Assembly: GCF_009914755.1 (NCBI RefSeq)
Contig: NC_060931.1
Length of the DNA: 64,000 nucleotides
Origin: the human T2T-CHM13v2.0 reference genome, Homo sapiens
Direction: 5' to 3' (one strand)
The notes under the pieces are model-generated. The model was not told the DNA's origin and ran no database searches. It was given only the letters and a program-made list of their open reading frames with translations. Below are positions 37,489 to 50,280 of the stretch, one piece after another. The translations under genes and the position numbers were made by a program. How positions within the stretch are numbered: the first letter of the stretch is position 1; every line of letters begins with the position of its first letter.

Positions 37489-38867
37489 TCTCTTTCTATT
37501 CTTAGCACAAGGAACAGCCTAGCATTTATAGATGTTCAACAAATGGCTGTTGTTTAATTATTTTAGCCAGCTTCTTATCTCTTGTCAATGTTGAAATAAT
37601 TTTATTTAACTTTTTGGTAGGGTGGAATCTTTTTTTTTAAATGCTTCCTTTTTATTTTTGCAATTAAATGAATGTTTAATCATTAACTGTAAACCCATTT
37701 TGGATGGATTTTACCATGTTTAGTTGCAGTTTAGACATCACTCAGTCCCACCATACTCTTGCTCTGCATCACTGAATTTATTGCACCAAATTCAGTTCCT
37801 AGCTGTCTTTAAACTGTATGGACTGTTAGTATTTCTTGGTTATCCATATAGTTTGGAAACCTGTCTCGTATTTTCTTCCTCTGGCTCAAAACTATATTTA
37901 TTCATTTTAGAATGTAGTTATTGTATATTGGCCACAACTTCATATTTCTATTGATTATTATAATCTGATTCATATTAAGATAGATATATTTCAAGATATC
38001 AAAGATGAGTTATGAAGTGAACAAAAGTCCTGATCAATGATTTACATTTCTTCTGGGAAATACTGTACATCTATTTGCCATGGTAACCAGGCTTGTTTTC
38101 TTACACCATTTCTTTCCCTTGCATCTCTGGCCTGTTTCGAAATGTAATGACCAAAATGCTAACTAATACAACCATTTGATGATGCTGGATAGGAAAAAGA
38201 AAAAAGGCATCTGGGTAGCCACAATCTACATAAGAACTAAGCATGCACTTTCTTTTAAAGGACTTATCTGAAGTGATCTAATTGGCTGTGTTGTTGAAGG
38301 ACAGAAACCTGAGATCATAAAATCATAACTAGTGAATTTGAGTTCTGATTAAACATTCATTAAATCCAATGGGTAATACCCACGAAAAATCAAGCAAGTG
38401 TGTAATCACAGTAACTTGAAAACTGCTATTCTTAATCTCGGGAACTCTATCAGTGATCAGCCTGTCAGGACTTAAGAGCAGAGGGTGACTAGCACAAAGT
38501 CTTTGGAATGGAATAAAGGCAAGAATCACAAGTAAAGGACCTGCTAGAATTTAGAGACAGTGCAATAGAGACAGTGCTACCAAAAAAAATCTGTGAATAA
38601 ATGGAAATGCAAAGTATTTGCATGACTTACATCGGGGTTCTTTCAGTAGCCAGTCACCTTGGAATGAATCAGTACCAGGGAAGAGTAAACCAGTAAACCA
38701 AGAAACTGATGATGAGAACAAGAGAAGAGTCATAAAATAAGGTGATGAACAGACCATTTGTGAGTCCCAAAGGTTCCATATCCAGCTAGTCTTTGTGAAA
38801 TAGTTGAGGATAGAGGTGGATCTGCTGTTAAGTTGAGTTTCTGTGACCATTGGTGGTAAGAATTCAA

Positions 38868-38938
38868 ATATATATATATAGATATAGATATAGATATAGA
38901 TATATAGATATATAGATATATAGATATATAGATATATA
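38868..38938. repeat. (TA)n/(TAGATA)n microsatellite
   Basis: Read directly. Confidence 0.95.
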
Positions 38939-39689
38939 AAATACTCAATGCTAATTTAACTGTTACTTTAAATTATAGAAATCTGAATATCCAGAAGATA
39001 GAACATAGGATCCCCTCCTTCTGAAGACATCAAGAGTATAAATCAGATGAAATCTGTCAGTCTTTGAGACTTCGCCTCTGATGATTACATGTGGTGTTAA
39101 TACTTTCATTTTTGCTTTCAAAATGCTGTTACTTCAAAGACTAGCTTCTGAAGGAGAAGATTGCAATATAAATAAGATATTTAATTCCTAAGGTGCCTAA
39201 TGTAGGCTTATGTTTTAAAAGGAGATTCAAGCTTATTTCTAGGTCAGTAAGAACATGTATAGCAACTGTTGTTTTAGGGTTCATGAAACTAATCGGTAGT
39301 CTGTATACTTTAATCAATGTTGCATCTATATCCTTTATTGAGAACATAATCATTAATTTGTGGGCCAATTTTGTGGAACTGTCAGTGGAATAGATGGCTT
39401 TTATGAATTGAGACCAAGGCTGATCCTTCAAGCCATTTACTGCAAATAATAAGCCTTATCAGAACAGAATACATTCACTGTGTTACATTTAAACATCATA
39501 ATGATTCTTGAACATAAACTCTGAGATGGTTAGGGGGTTCTGACCTTAGCAAGAACATCGCTTACATTTATACTAGCATCTAAATAAGCATGGTGCATTC
39601 CCAATTTCCTGTATGCATTCAATTATATAGGACTCAGTACTGTAAAAGTATGTTTATTAATCCATGGAGCTCTTCTACCGTAGGTATGA

Positions 39690-39693
<4 letters not shown>

Positions 39694-39722
<29 letters not shown>

Positions 39723-40084
39723 CGCACACACACATATATAGACACATACACACATATATATACACATACACACATATATATACACATTCATATGTGTATG
39801 TATGTAAGTGTAAATGTATACTTACATACATACACATAAATATACATATAAATATTACATATACATACATACACATAAATATACAAAATGTAAATGTGTA
39901 TGTATGTAAATGTAAATATACATTTACAGTTCATTACACACATATATATACACATACACACATATATACACATTAAAGTTCATTACACACACATATATAC
40001 ACATACACACACATATACATATGTGTGTACATTTACAGTTCATGTATCTATAGCACTTACACTATATATAATGTGGGTGTGTGA

Positions 40085-40131
<47 letters not shown>

Positions 40132-40140
40132 AACACACAC
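39694..40140. repeat. Compound (TA)n/(CA)n/(TATG)n microsatellite with higher-order repeats
   Basis: Read directly; recurring blocks catttacagttcat and atgtgtatgtatgtaa. Confidence 0.95.
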
Positions 40141-41639
40141 ATTCTCTATCAATGAGGGCTTATTGTGAATATAAAGTCCAGTTTCAGCTTGAGTTGTGTA
40201 TATGTTTACATTCACAACATAAAGAGTTCTGAAGCTTGACCCAATTGTGCTTGACTTTACTGTTATACTTGTAAGGTAACAGTACTTTCTAAAATATTGA
40301 TATTGCTCTTAAACATTAAACTCTTCGAAGATACTAAATGTGGTACAGAATATATACAGACAACATGATGAGGCAGTTACATTGCTTACATAAACAGTGA
40401 ACTTTCCATATTTGGATATATTTTCATTGTGTATATATTATTCCATCTGGTAGCCTACCCTGAGGCTTTATTTTATCACCCTACTTGTCCCATAAAGATT
40501 CTTGAGATTTTTATTGAAAGAAACAATGAAAATGCTAATTAGTTATATTTTTCATCATAATCTTTTTTTTATACTAAAGGATCTCTCTCCTTTTTTGTTT
40601 CTGCTTCTATATGCTATTTCCAATGAGTTTTGTTGCCCCAAAGCTATCATTTTTAGGCTTCTAATATTGTTTTCTGTTCACAGGGCTTAATAACTACTTT
40701 TTAATGGATTCTGTTTACCTCAGAGGCAGGCATTTTGGAGAATTCAGCTTATATTAGGGCAGAATTAAAAAATTCTATGTGGCTTTGGGGGCTTCTTCCC
40801 TCAGAAAATTAAAATGGTTTAATCTTTTGACTGAAAAGGGAACTGACATGATTCCTTTTAAAATGAGACATTGGGATTTGAAATGGATCACAAAAGTAGA
40901 CAATCCTGCATGTATTTAAATGCATAGACAGCATATTTTATGCACATAATTATTTTGGCTCTTTTAATTATTATTTCTTACCTGCTTAAAAAAATGGCTG
41001 CCTAACCAAGCACTGGAAGTTGAGGTTCTGTTGCTTCAATAAAAATAACCATGGAGTCCAAGTTCCACATTCTTTTTAAAAGCTTCTTTTTTGACCTAAA
41101 ATTTTCTCCATTTCTCTGTTCCCTTTAGTCATGAAAAGTCCATTTCACAACTGAATTAAATAATGCTAAATTTAGTACCCAAAAAGGGGTTCTTTAATTT
41201 ATTCATTTGCTCATTTAAACACGCATTGCTCTGTGCCCCTAATACCTGCATAGATTGATGGGAGGCACAAAGGGTCACCTTTTCATAGCGTGGTTAGTGA
41301 TACAATAAGGTAAAGGAAAAAGTCAGAGACGGTTTAGACTTGAGTAGACATAGATAAGAGAATTAAAAGGGAAAGCTGCATTTAATTTTAGAGATGATTA
41401 ATTTGCATGAGAATAGTTGTCACCTACAAGACAATCTAAAGGAGAGCATTCATTAACTGATATAAGAAACAACAGTCACCATCTACCAGAAATTTTTATA
41501 GCCCAAACAAGGTACAAACGGGGAGGACATTGTGCTAGAAGTTGGAATAGAAAATATATGATCCCTGCCTCTTTGCTCTCTGGCTGGGAAGACAAGATTA
41601 ATTCCAGAAAGCATTCTCTTCACTTTCTCTCCACCTTCT

Positions 41640-42175
41640 CACTCCCTGGCCCTTTGTCAGTATTTCTCTTCTTCTGCACTCATCACTATCTGCCTTGTTT
41701 TAGTTATTCCTACATGCACATGTGATATTCGTGATACCAGACTGTGAACCCCATGAGGGCAACAACTGTTTCATCGCCGTATAAATAAAACCAGGCAGCA
41801 TTCCTTACAACAGAGAATGCATAACAAATATTAGTGAATGAATAAATCAAACTGTAAAGCAGGATAACATATGCTAATGCCACATAAATGGGATCTTTGA
41901 TCAGATGTCATGTTAGCGAGGCCTTCTCCAGCCACCCGATGCATATTGTTCCTCTGGCCTACCATCTCTTTAACCACTCACTCTGCTTCATTAGCAAAAT
42001 TCTTATTGCTGCCTTTCATTACAGTAAATATTAACTTATTTTCAGCATAATACAATAGTATATAAGCTCTTTGGGAGAAGGGAATTTGTTTTATCCACTG
42101 CCATAAAAATCCCTTCATTTTAGAGCACTGCCTGACACAAAGTTGCAGTCCAATATTTGTTGATCAAAGAAATTA
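41640..42175 (+). mobile_element. Two L2 3' fragments
   Basis: accagactgtgaaccccatgagggca...aaatattagtgaatgaat; tataagctc...gagcactgcctgacaca...atatttgttga. Confidence 0.65.
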
Positions 42176-44069
42176 AGAAATAAAAGTATAGGGAATAGTG
42201 ATAATTTTTGTTTTAAATAAGTTGATTTAAGCCATCCAATACCCAAATACTAAATGAGAAGGAGCAGTTCCCTTATGTTCTTAAAAATCCTGAGTGACAT
42301 GCTAACATAATACTTACATGTTTGTTTAGGTATTGAACTATCAATAATATCATTCTTTAAGGAGAATTCCTGTAATTCACATCCAAGAACTGTTTTCATA
42401 ATTTGAACAATTTATTCACATGTAGTGTATCTGAAGCCATATAAACAAGCAACTCCCCAAAGGAGACTTATTTCAAACTAGCATTTGGCTGGGATGCGTA
42501 GTCCCTAAAGAGTTGACATTGCCCAGGAATATTCATTTCAGAGTGCTGGACTGAGGTCAGGATTCCAGGACCTCTGCTGCTACTAAATAACAGATGTTTC
42601 AGTGTCTCAACTTCCTTTTCACTAGCTAGGGGTATGGGGGATATAGGGATGGCATAAATGGATTCTAAAATCCCTTCCAGCTGCAATGCTTACAGATTCT
42701 ATTATTGATAGTAAGGATGATTTTGATGGAGGAATGGGGAAGGTGACGGGAAGCAGCAGGATAATCACATTCCAACTAAACACATGTGCTCTGTAACCAC
42801 AATTTTTTACCTTTGCCAACATCTGGTGACATTTCTGATAGAAATACTTAAAATGTGTCAGTAACAAATAAGTTCTCTCTCTCTCTCTCTCTCTCCATAT
42901 ATATATATATTCACCAACCACAAAATGAAGAAGTATGTATTGCGGTTTCAATAGGAAGTTAATAAACTTCCTTCTACTAAATTTTTATGTATGTAAGTGA
43001 GTTTTAGGCTTTCTAATTTATCTTCATCTTTTAATCATAACTATTCACATTTTCTTTGTTGAATATCAAGAATCCTGCTTATCAGCAGAATACTATGAAA
43101 AAAACAGTTGAAATATGTGAATGCTGGTTTTATATCAGAAATTGAGGATTATTTTTAATACCATATAAAGAAATGTCCTTTACCGAATGTCCATATAAAA
43201 TGGCCTTTTTTCATTTCCTAATAACATAATTAGGCTAACTAAGCAGCTAATACTAACTTAAAGATAATTAAATGAAACTCCCAAAAAGGCATAGTTAAAC
43301 TCTAAGTAGATAATAGTTCAATGGGAAAGATACTGTTTAAAAGCAAATGATAAAATCCTATAAAATGTAATTAATATGAATTTGCTTTAATTGTAGTTGA
43401 TTGTCTCTTTTCAAAAACATGCTCTCGAATACTGAGAGAACGTAAGTTATCATAACTTGAACTTATTCATTTGATCAATGCAATAGTAAACTTCCCTCAT
43501 TTTCTTTTTTACAAGTTAAGGAACATAAATATAATTTCACAAGATTTTTATGTTTTCTCTAAGTGCAGCTTGTTTTCATTACATAAGTTATTTCTCTCAG
43601 GGATGTATGGAAGAATTAAAGATATTAATAAACATGGGGTATTAATACACAATAAATTATATTATCGAGATATTTAAAATAAAAATAAGTAGTCTTTCAG
43701 GTACATTTTCAGTAATGGTCACATTTCCTAACTGATAGAATACAGTGTAAATTAAAAGCCAGGACTAGTAATTCAAAAAGAATGTAAAATGTGTTAAGAT
43801 TCCTTAACTGTGCTATTCTTTCTATAAGACAAAAATACATATTCAAAAAGTGGAAAAACTCCATTGAATCAGCCAGAAATTACCAGTGTTCTCCAAGAAT
43901 AGTATATAAACTGGTCCTACTAATCAGCCATTTAATGATTATTGAAAGACAGTGCAGTCTTTCTGTACTGCAACATTATACAGTGAAAGCTGAAAAAATA
44001 CTTCAGAAATGAAGCAATGACAAGATTATCTGAATGGGAAACATGTTGCTATTACACATTCGTTGAAAT

Positions 44070-44470
44070 GCTTTAGCTATATGTAACACAATAGCCGGTT
44101 AAAAGTATTTTAAGAAACAGTTGTTTGTTGTCTCTCTTAACAAGAACTCTGAAGTTAGGCAGTTTCATGGTTGATTCAGCAACTTAAGAATGCTTGTTCC
44201 ACATTTCTGCTCTGCCATTATTTGGTTTGTTGGTGATATTCCTACTCAGGGTGTTAAAATGACTACAGCAGCCGTAAGCATCACATGTTCATAGAACAAC
44301 TTGCAAAGAATAAAGGTCAGCCTTCCCAAGTGTCAGGGACTTCTAGAAGACTCCCCAACTATGCTGTTGGCTAAAACATCTTTACTTGTCCATTCCTAAA
44401 CAAATCATTGCCAAAGACAGATGGGATTGGCATGACTGGCTTAGACAATATATTGATTTATCTCATGAAA
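44070..44470 (-). mobile_element. MLT1K/L-like MaLR LTR remnant
   Basis: tttctgctctgccat...aaaatgactacagcagcc...cattcctaaacaaatcattgcc...tgactggcttagacaat. Confidence 0.6.
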
Positions 44471-45966
44471 CACTGGTTGAATACTACTTTTTTCTGAGCA
44501 AAGTTTCGTATCAAGCACCAAGCATCATGCCTTTCATCCTGTGCATTTTTGATGAATAAATGAAGAAATCCTATGGTTTTTTTATTTGCTTTTTCTAATG
44601 GTGTCATTACAAATGGAGATGGAGGAGGTACTCCAGTCTACTATGATCTTACTAGTTGGCATTTATTAAACAAGTCAGCAGGAGGATGCAATAGTAATGA
44701 TGAGTATCCTAGAGACCCTGTTGTGTAGTGTTGAAAGATGTCAGTAGAACTCAGAAGAGCTTTATCTTCTGCAAAAAGAAACCACAATAGAAGCACTAAT
44801 TTGAAAGATGCTGGTAGCATTTCTATAGTCTGTGCAAGAAATAGACACTCAAAACCAATGTGAAAAGTTCTGTTTTTTAATATTCTTAGCAAAAGGAATA
44901 TTTAAATTATTTAAGTAATAGCATAACTGGCATTTCATGCATGTACAATTCTAATATCTAAACATGATTATGACATTCTGTGTCTAGAGAGAAAATGTGA
45001 CTAAGAGGCCTGAAAATTTAAGGATAGCAGTATACTCAATGACCAGATCAGAATAGCATAGTTACAACAAAAGTAAGTTATAATCCAAAAAAATAGAAAA
45101 ATAAAGGATTAGAATCACCTATAAAGTCTAGATGATCAAAAATGCAAACTCTTTCATTTTTTTTTTCTTTAAGAGAAATGAGAAGTGGAAATAGCATTTC
45201 AGAGATGCATGGACTTGAAGTCTTAAGAGCTTAAATTCAAGGGAATTAATGGTAGGAAAGGCACAGTAAACAGAGATGGTTCCATTGCTGCTGGCGGGAA
45301 ACAGCCTTGTTCTTTCTCTTTTCTTTTCTTTTTAATGATTCTCTGGCTTCTTACTTGAGCCATTGGGATAATAGGGACCATCTCCAAATAGAGCCTTTAT
45401 TTAGTAAAATAGTTGTAATAAGAAAATGGAGTACTTCATCATCACCTGAAAGCAAAAGGGATACGGCTGACTACAAGGAAAGCTTCTGTCATCACAGAGC
45501 CTAATTCTGAACATGAGATTAAGCTCTGTGTACGTGCTAGTGTGGCGTTATTCCTGGGGCCTTCAGAAACAGCAAGTTCACGTTTGCTAAAATACATTTT
45601 ATGAAGTTAAAGTTAGCACATTGTATTTCAGTGCCTTAGGCCTCATGACTTAATCTAGTACACGTAATTAGAAGTTATTTTCAATGAAGACAAGATTAAT
45701 CAGGAGAAAAAAGTACAACATGTACTTCTGGAATATTATAACAAGATATGTAAATTTCCTTCTTGGTGATAAGTGTAGCAAATTGCTTTATATTTTTCAA
45801 TGTATTTCCACCAGTTTTCATTTTAAGAAGTTAGAGGATATTGTAATACAAGCAACTTTTGGCAACACATAGACTCTGGGTAGACCTTAAGCGTCTCTAG
45901 GTAGTTACTTTGAGTAGCATTTGGTAGACCTTGGGGTAGAGCTTAATGCTTAGAAACAGTTTACAG

Positions 45967-46488
45967 CAGGGCTCCTCGATTACCCTATTACCCGTGGGTC
46001 CAGGGCCTGTTAGGAACAAAGCTGCACAGCAGGAGGTGAGCAGAGGGCAAGCCAGAAAAGCTTCATCAGTATTTACAGCCACTCCCCATCACTCGCAATA
46101 TCACCTGAGTTTCACCTTCCGTCAGGTCAGCAGCGGTTTTAGAATCTCATAGGAGCACAAACCCTATTGTGAACTGTGCATGTGAGGGATACAGATTGCA
46201 CATTCCTTATGAGAATCTAATGTCTGATAATCTGTCACTGTCTCCCATCACTCCCAGATAGGACCATCTAGTTTCAGAAAAACAAGCTCAGGGCTCCCAC
46301 TGGTTCTACATTATGATGAGTTGTATAATTATTTCATTATATATTACAAAGTAATACCAATAGAAATAAAACACACAATAAATTTAATGCATTTGAATCA
46401 TTACCAAACCATTATCACATTCTTGGTCTGTGGAAAAATTGTCTTCCACGAAATTGGTCCTTGGTGCCAAAAAGTTTCGGGACTGCTG
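45967..46488. mobile_element. MER1A (hAT-Charlie) with 8-bp TSD
   Basis: ggcctgttaggaac...gcacagcaggaggtgagc...ccttatgagaatctaatg...ggtgccaaaaag..ggactgctg; TSD gtttacag at 45959-45966 and 46489-46496. Confidence 0.92.
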
Positions 46489-47769
46489 GTTTACAGCAAG
46501 GCTCAGAAGTAGCAACATAGATGAGTGCTGATAAAGTTGGAAACTCTGTACATGCCTAAAACAAGACTAGGAGAGAGATAAGAATCCATCTTTCTACTAC
46601 AAGAACTATCACCCTTCCAGATTTGGTTGTTATTAACCGGACAGTTACCTAAGCACTAAGATCATATAGTCTCTGAAGATTCTTCAGCGTCATTAGAATT
46701 TTGAGGGCTAACATATACACCAGCGCATGAGTCTGTCCAGGTTCTCACAAACACTTCCCTCTTATCAGATTACAATGGAAGCAGAGCACTGTGGCACTAA
46801 CTAGGAGGTTGATATGTTGATATCGGATGCTGCAGTGTCAGTGGCAAAATTTGGTACTCTGAGATAAACGATTTCACAGCTGAAGACAGGAAAATTCAAA
46901 GTTAGGTGTAGCCAGCACCTGCTCTATGAGCTATTTGTCACTGTGGAGTCTGGCTTTCTTCAGAATGGCGGTGTCAACTACATATTTGCTATCACAAAAG
47001 CAGTTAAATTTCTACTCCACAGCCTTACTTGAATCCTGATAAAATATATTTTGTTTTACATAAGGGAGAAAGCTCTCTAAAAATGAAGAAAGAAAAGTTA
47101 TCTAAAAATGAGGAACATTCTGACAAAGACAAATTATTTTAGAACTTTCTCCTAATATGAATAAGTAAAAAGCAATGCTATTCTGATGCCAAGAGAAGCT
47201 CTTTCTTCCTGAACCCTGGTGGGCAGAAGTTGTCCTGTGAAATCTGTTTCTGCCTTTATCTATGTCCCTTTGAGGAAAGAGAAGCACAATTCCTAGATCT
47301 CACAGAGCACATTCAAGTGACTGAAGATCCTCCCCACTCCCCAAACACATGCCTACACTAAACAGAATGCAGTCATAAAAGTTTCTCTCTGGCAAAGAAA
47401 GGCATTAATACTTAAGGGGTATACCTAAGGATATTTAAATGGAATATGTTTGTGTTTCTGGCACCCCACATAAGAACCCGGATTCTAAATTTAGATTAAA
47501 TGGTAAATGGATATTTAGATTTTTTCCATATCTTGGCTATTGTGAACAATGCTGAAATGAACATGGGAGTGCAGATATCTCTTAGAGATCCTGATTTTAA
47601 TACTCTTAGATACATATGCCCAGAAGTAGGATTGCTGTATCATAGTGGAGTTCTAGTTTCAAATTTTTGAGAAACCTCCATAATGTTTTCCATAGTTGCT
47701 GCACCATTTTCCACCCCCACGAACATATAATGGAATATTATTTAACCTTTAAAAAGATGGAAATCCTAC

Positions 47770-48434
47770 TGTTAGCAGCAGCAAATCCATACAGTTCTGC
47801 AGCGACCTCAGTTCTTGCCTCCTCAGAAGAAAGAATTCAATGGAGAGGCATAAGACAGAGTTGGAGGCAAGTTTTAGAGCAGGAGCGAAAGTTTATTAAA
47901 AAGTATTAGAGCAAGAACAAGAGGAAATAAAGTACACGTGGAAGAGAGCAAAGTGGGGGACTTGAGAGATTCGAGTGCATGGTTTGACCTTTGACTTGGG
48001 GTCTCAGATGCAAGCATTCCACATGCATAGTGGCCTGCCAGCACCTGGGAAGGGCTACAAGCACAGGGTGTTTACTGGAGTTGTATCCATGCTCACCTGA
48101 GGCATTCTTCCCTTACCAGTTGAGTGTTCCTAGAAAAAGGTCATATACCAGTTAAACTCTGCCATTTTGCCTCTTAGTACACATGCTTGAGTCCATTACC
48201 CAGCTCCTGAGATCTTATCAGGAAACCGCTGATCACTAGTTTCATTTGTTTCTATCTATTGGAAGACTGCCTTTCCTTGGCACCGGTTGTGAACAATTAT
48301 TATTTTAGAGAGATAGCATAACAACCACCTGACAATCACCTGATGGTCACTTGACATTTCTAGTATGTGTGTGTTTGTGTGTGGAGGGGTCCTCTCCTAC
48401 CCTGCTCATGTCTGCTTGACTACCTACTATAACA
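47770..48434 (-). mobile_element. MER50 ERV1 solo LTR with 4-bp TSD
   Basis: TG...CA ends; reverse complement begins tgttatagtaggtagtcaagcagacatgagcaggg; internal cactaagaggcaaaatggc-like motif; TSD ctac at 47766-47769 and 48435-48438. Confidence 0.88.
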
Positions 48435-48879
48435 CTACCATATGCAACAACATGGATGAACCTTGAAGACATTATATTAAGTGAAATAAGCCAGACACGG
48501 AAGGACAAATACTACATGATTCCACGTTCTTCTTCTCCCCCTAACTCTTGGCAACCACTGTGCTACCCTCTGCTTCTATAAGTTTGACTGCATTAGTGTC
48601 CAGTGGTTGCTGGGGGTTAAGGGGAGGAAGAAATAGGAAGTTGATCTTCAGCAGATATAAACTTTCAGTTATGGTAGATTAATGAATTCTAGAGATCTGC
48701 TGTATAACATAGGCAACAGTACCGTATTGTACACTAAAAATTTTGTTAAAAGGATAAATCTCATGGTAAATGTTATTAACACAATTTTAAAAATTAAATA
48801 AGTATCTAATGAAATGCATGTGCTGATTAGCTTGATTTAACCACTCTACAGTGCTCACATATTTCAAAACATCATGTTG

Positions 48880-49021
48880 GGGGCAAGCATTGGGGCTCAT
48901 GCCTGTAATCCCAGCACTTTGGGAGGCTGAGTTGAGTGGGTTGCATGAGCCCAGGAGTCTGAGACCAGCCTGGGGAACATAGTGGGACCCCATATCTAAA
49001 AAGAAAAACAACATAAAAAAA
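48880..49021 (+). mobile_element. FLAM/Alu left monomer with TSD
   Basis: gctcatgcctgtaatcccagcactttgggagg...A-rich tail; TSD catcatgttg at 48870-48879 and 49025-49034. Confidence 0.9.
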
Positions 49022-49557
49022 CCCCATCATGTTGTACATAATAAACAAATGCAATTTTTATTTGTCAATTCAAAATACATTTTTTTAAAATGATAAAACA
49101 TAATACTAATCAAACTAATAAACTAAAAGTGTTTAGATAATAATGTTACATAAATATATAATTATAATCTTTGTAGTTAATGAAATAGGGATTGAGATTT
49201 ACATTGTAAAACAGACCCTTCTTTCAAAAGTATCTCTTTTGTTATTGAAGTTCAGCAATTTAATTGTACTCTTGATTGCATAATAAGGGTAGACAGGTAA
49301 ATATGCAGTATGAAAAGCATTCAGTGTCTAGTTTGGACTGTGAGGCTAAATCCCCACTGCAACCTGGTGGACACATTCTTGAGTCTCAGATTCAGTCACA
49401 CACATGGGTGAATGTGGCTTTCTTAACAGGTAAAGCTGCAAAACTAAAGCCAAGCTATGTACAGATATACTCATTCCTAGTTTATATTTAATGTAAAAAA
49501 TTGCAAATAACTGAAGTGTCCACTTTAGCAAAGGGTTATGTAAATTATACTCTATAC

Positions 49558-49856
49558 TAAGGGTCTACAAACTTTTTCTGTTAAGTACCATATAGTAAAT
49601 ATTTTCACTTTTGTAAGCCACACTGTCTCTGTCAAAACCACTCAGCTCTGCTGTGGTAACAAGCAAACAATCAGAAAAGACGCAAGCAAACATGGCTGAG
49701 TTTCAATAAAATTTCATTTATCGACACTGAAATTTGGATTTCATGCCATTTTCCCATATCAGCCATTTAAAAATGTAAGAATCCTTCTTAGTTTTCAAGT
49801 GATACAGAAACACGAGAAGGACCAACTTCACCCACGGTCTGACCTTTGCCACTCTG
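49558..49856. mobile_element. MER58B (hAT-Charlie)
   Basis: aaactttttctg...atagtaaatatttt...cactcagctctgctgtgg...caataaaa...acactgaaattt; TSD-like ctctatac/ctctatag. Confidence 0.8.
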
Positions 49857-50026
49857 CTCTATAGAGAGGACCTTCCCAGGCCCTGGAGACCTGACATCGC
49901 ACAGATAATTTGTTGTCCTGATCTCCTTGAAGCTTCTGAACAGCAAATTAAGCTGCCACGGATTTGTTAGTGTTGATCACTTGTTCAGCACAGTCTTGTC
50001 TGATGGAGCAGAGGGAAAACGCTTAC

Positions 50027-50089
50027 CATGTCTATCATCCTCAGTTTTTGTTTCAAGATTCTTCCATCTTGATCTCATGGCATAATCCT
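50027..50089 (-). other. Candidate 63-nt exon
   Basis: ttttaac + T-run + cttAG|aggattatgcc...gatagacatg|GTaagc. Confidence 0.4.
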
Positions 50090-50256
50090 CTAAGAAAAAA
50101 AATGTTAAAAGAACAAGACTTAAGCCTGGTTATGATTACAAAAATAGAAGTAACTGTACTGCTCTAAAGATGTACTTTTGTCTGTATTTCCCAGTGTTAA
50201 GAGTATCAAAAATGATCTCCTTTTAGAAAACTGAGCAAGAGGAAGGGAAGCCTTAC

Positions 50257-50280
50257 CTCATGGATGCCAGTAACCAGACC
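50257..50280 (-). other. Candidate 24-nt microexon
   Basis: tcttattttcattttcAG|ggtctggttactggcatccatgag|GTaagg. Confidence 0.4.

Larger units (their letters stand above)
47505..49085 (+). mobile_element. L1MA9/L1MB-like 3' fragment with 5' inversion, internal inversion, and nested MER50 and FLAM
   Basis: 47505-47724 antisense L1 (ttggctattgtgaacaatgctg...); sense from ~47726 (tataatggaatattatt..., caacaacatggatgaaccttgaagacatt..., ttctagagatctgctgtataacatag). Confidence 0.82.

Noticed and set aside
39590-40232. Tyr/Ile/His/Thr-rich ORFs
   Set aside because: Translations of (TA)n/(CA)n microsatellite.
49353-49373. CTCF-like site (tgtccaccaggttgcagtg on - strand)
   Set aside because: Mismatch at a highly conserved core G; not supportable without ChIP data.
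50027-50280. Casein/SCPP-type gene suggested by 24- and 63-nt exon sizes
   Set aside because: The 63-nt exon encodes no signal peptide, the order is wrong and no further phase-0 exon series was found.
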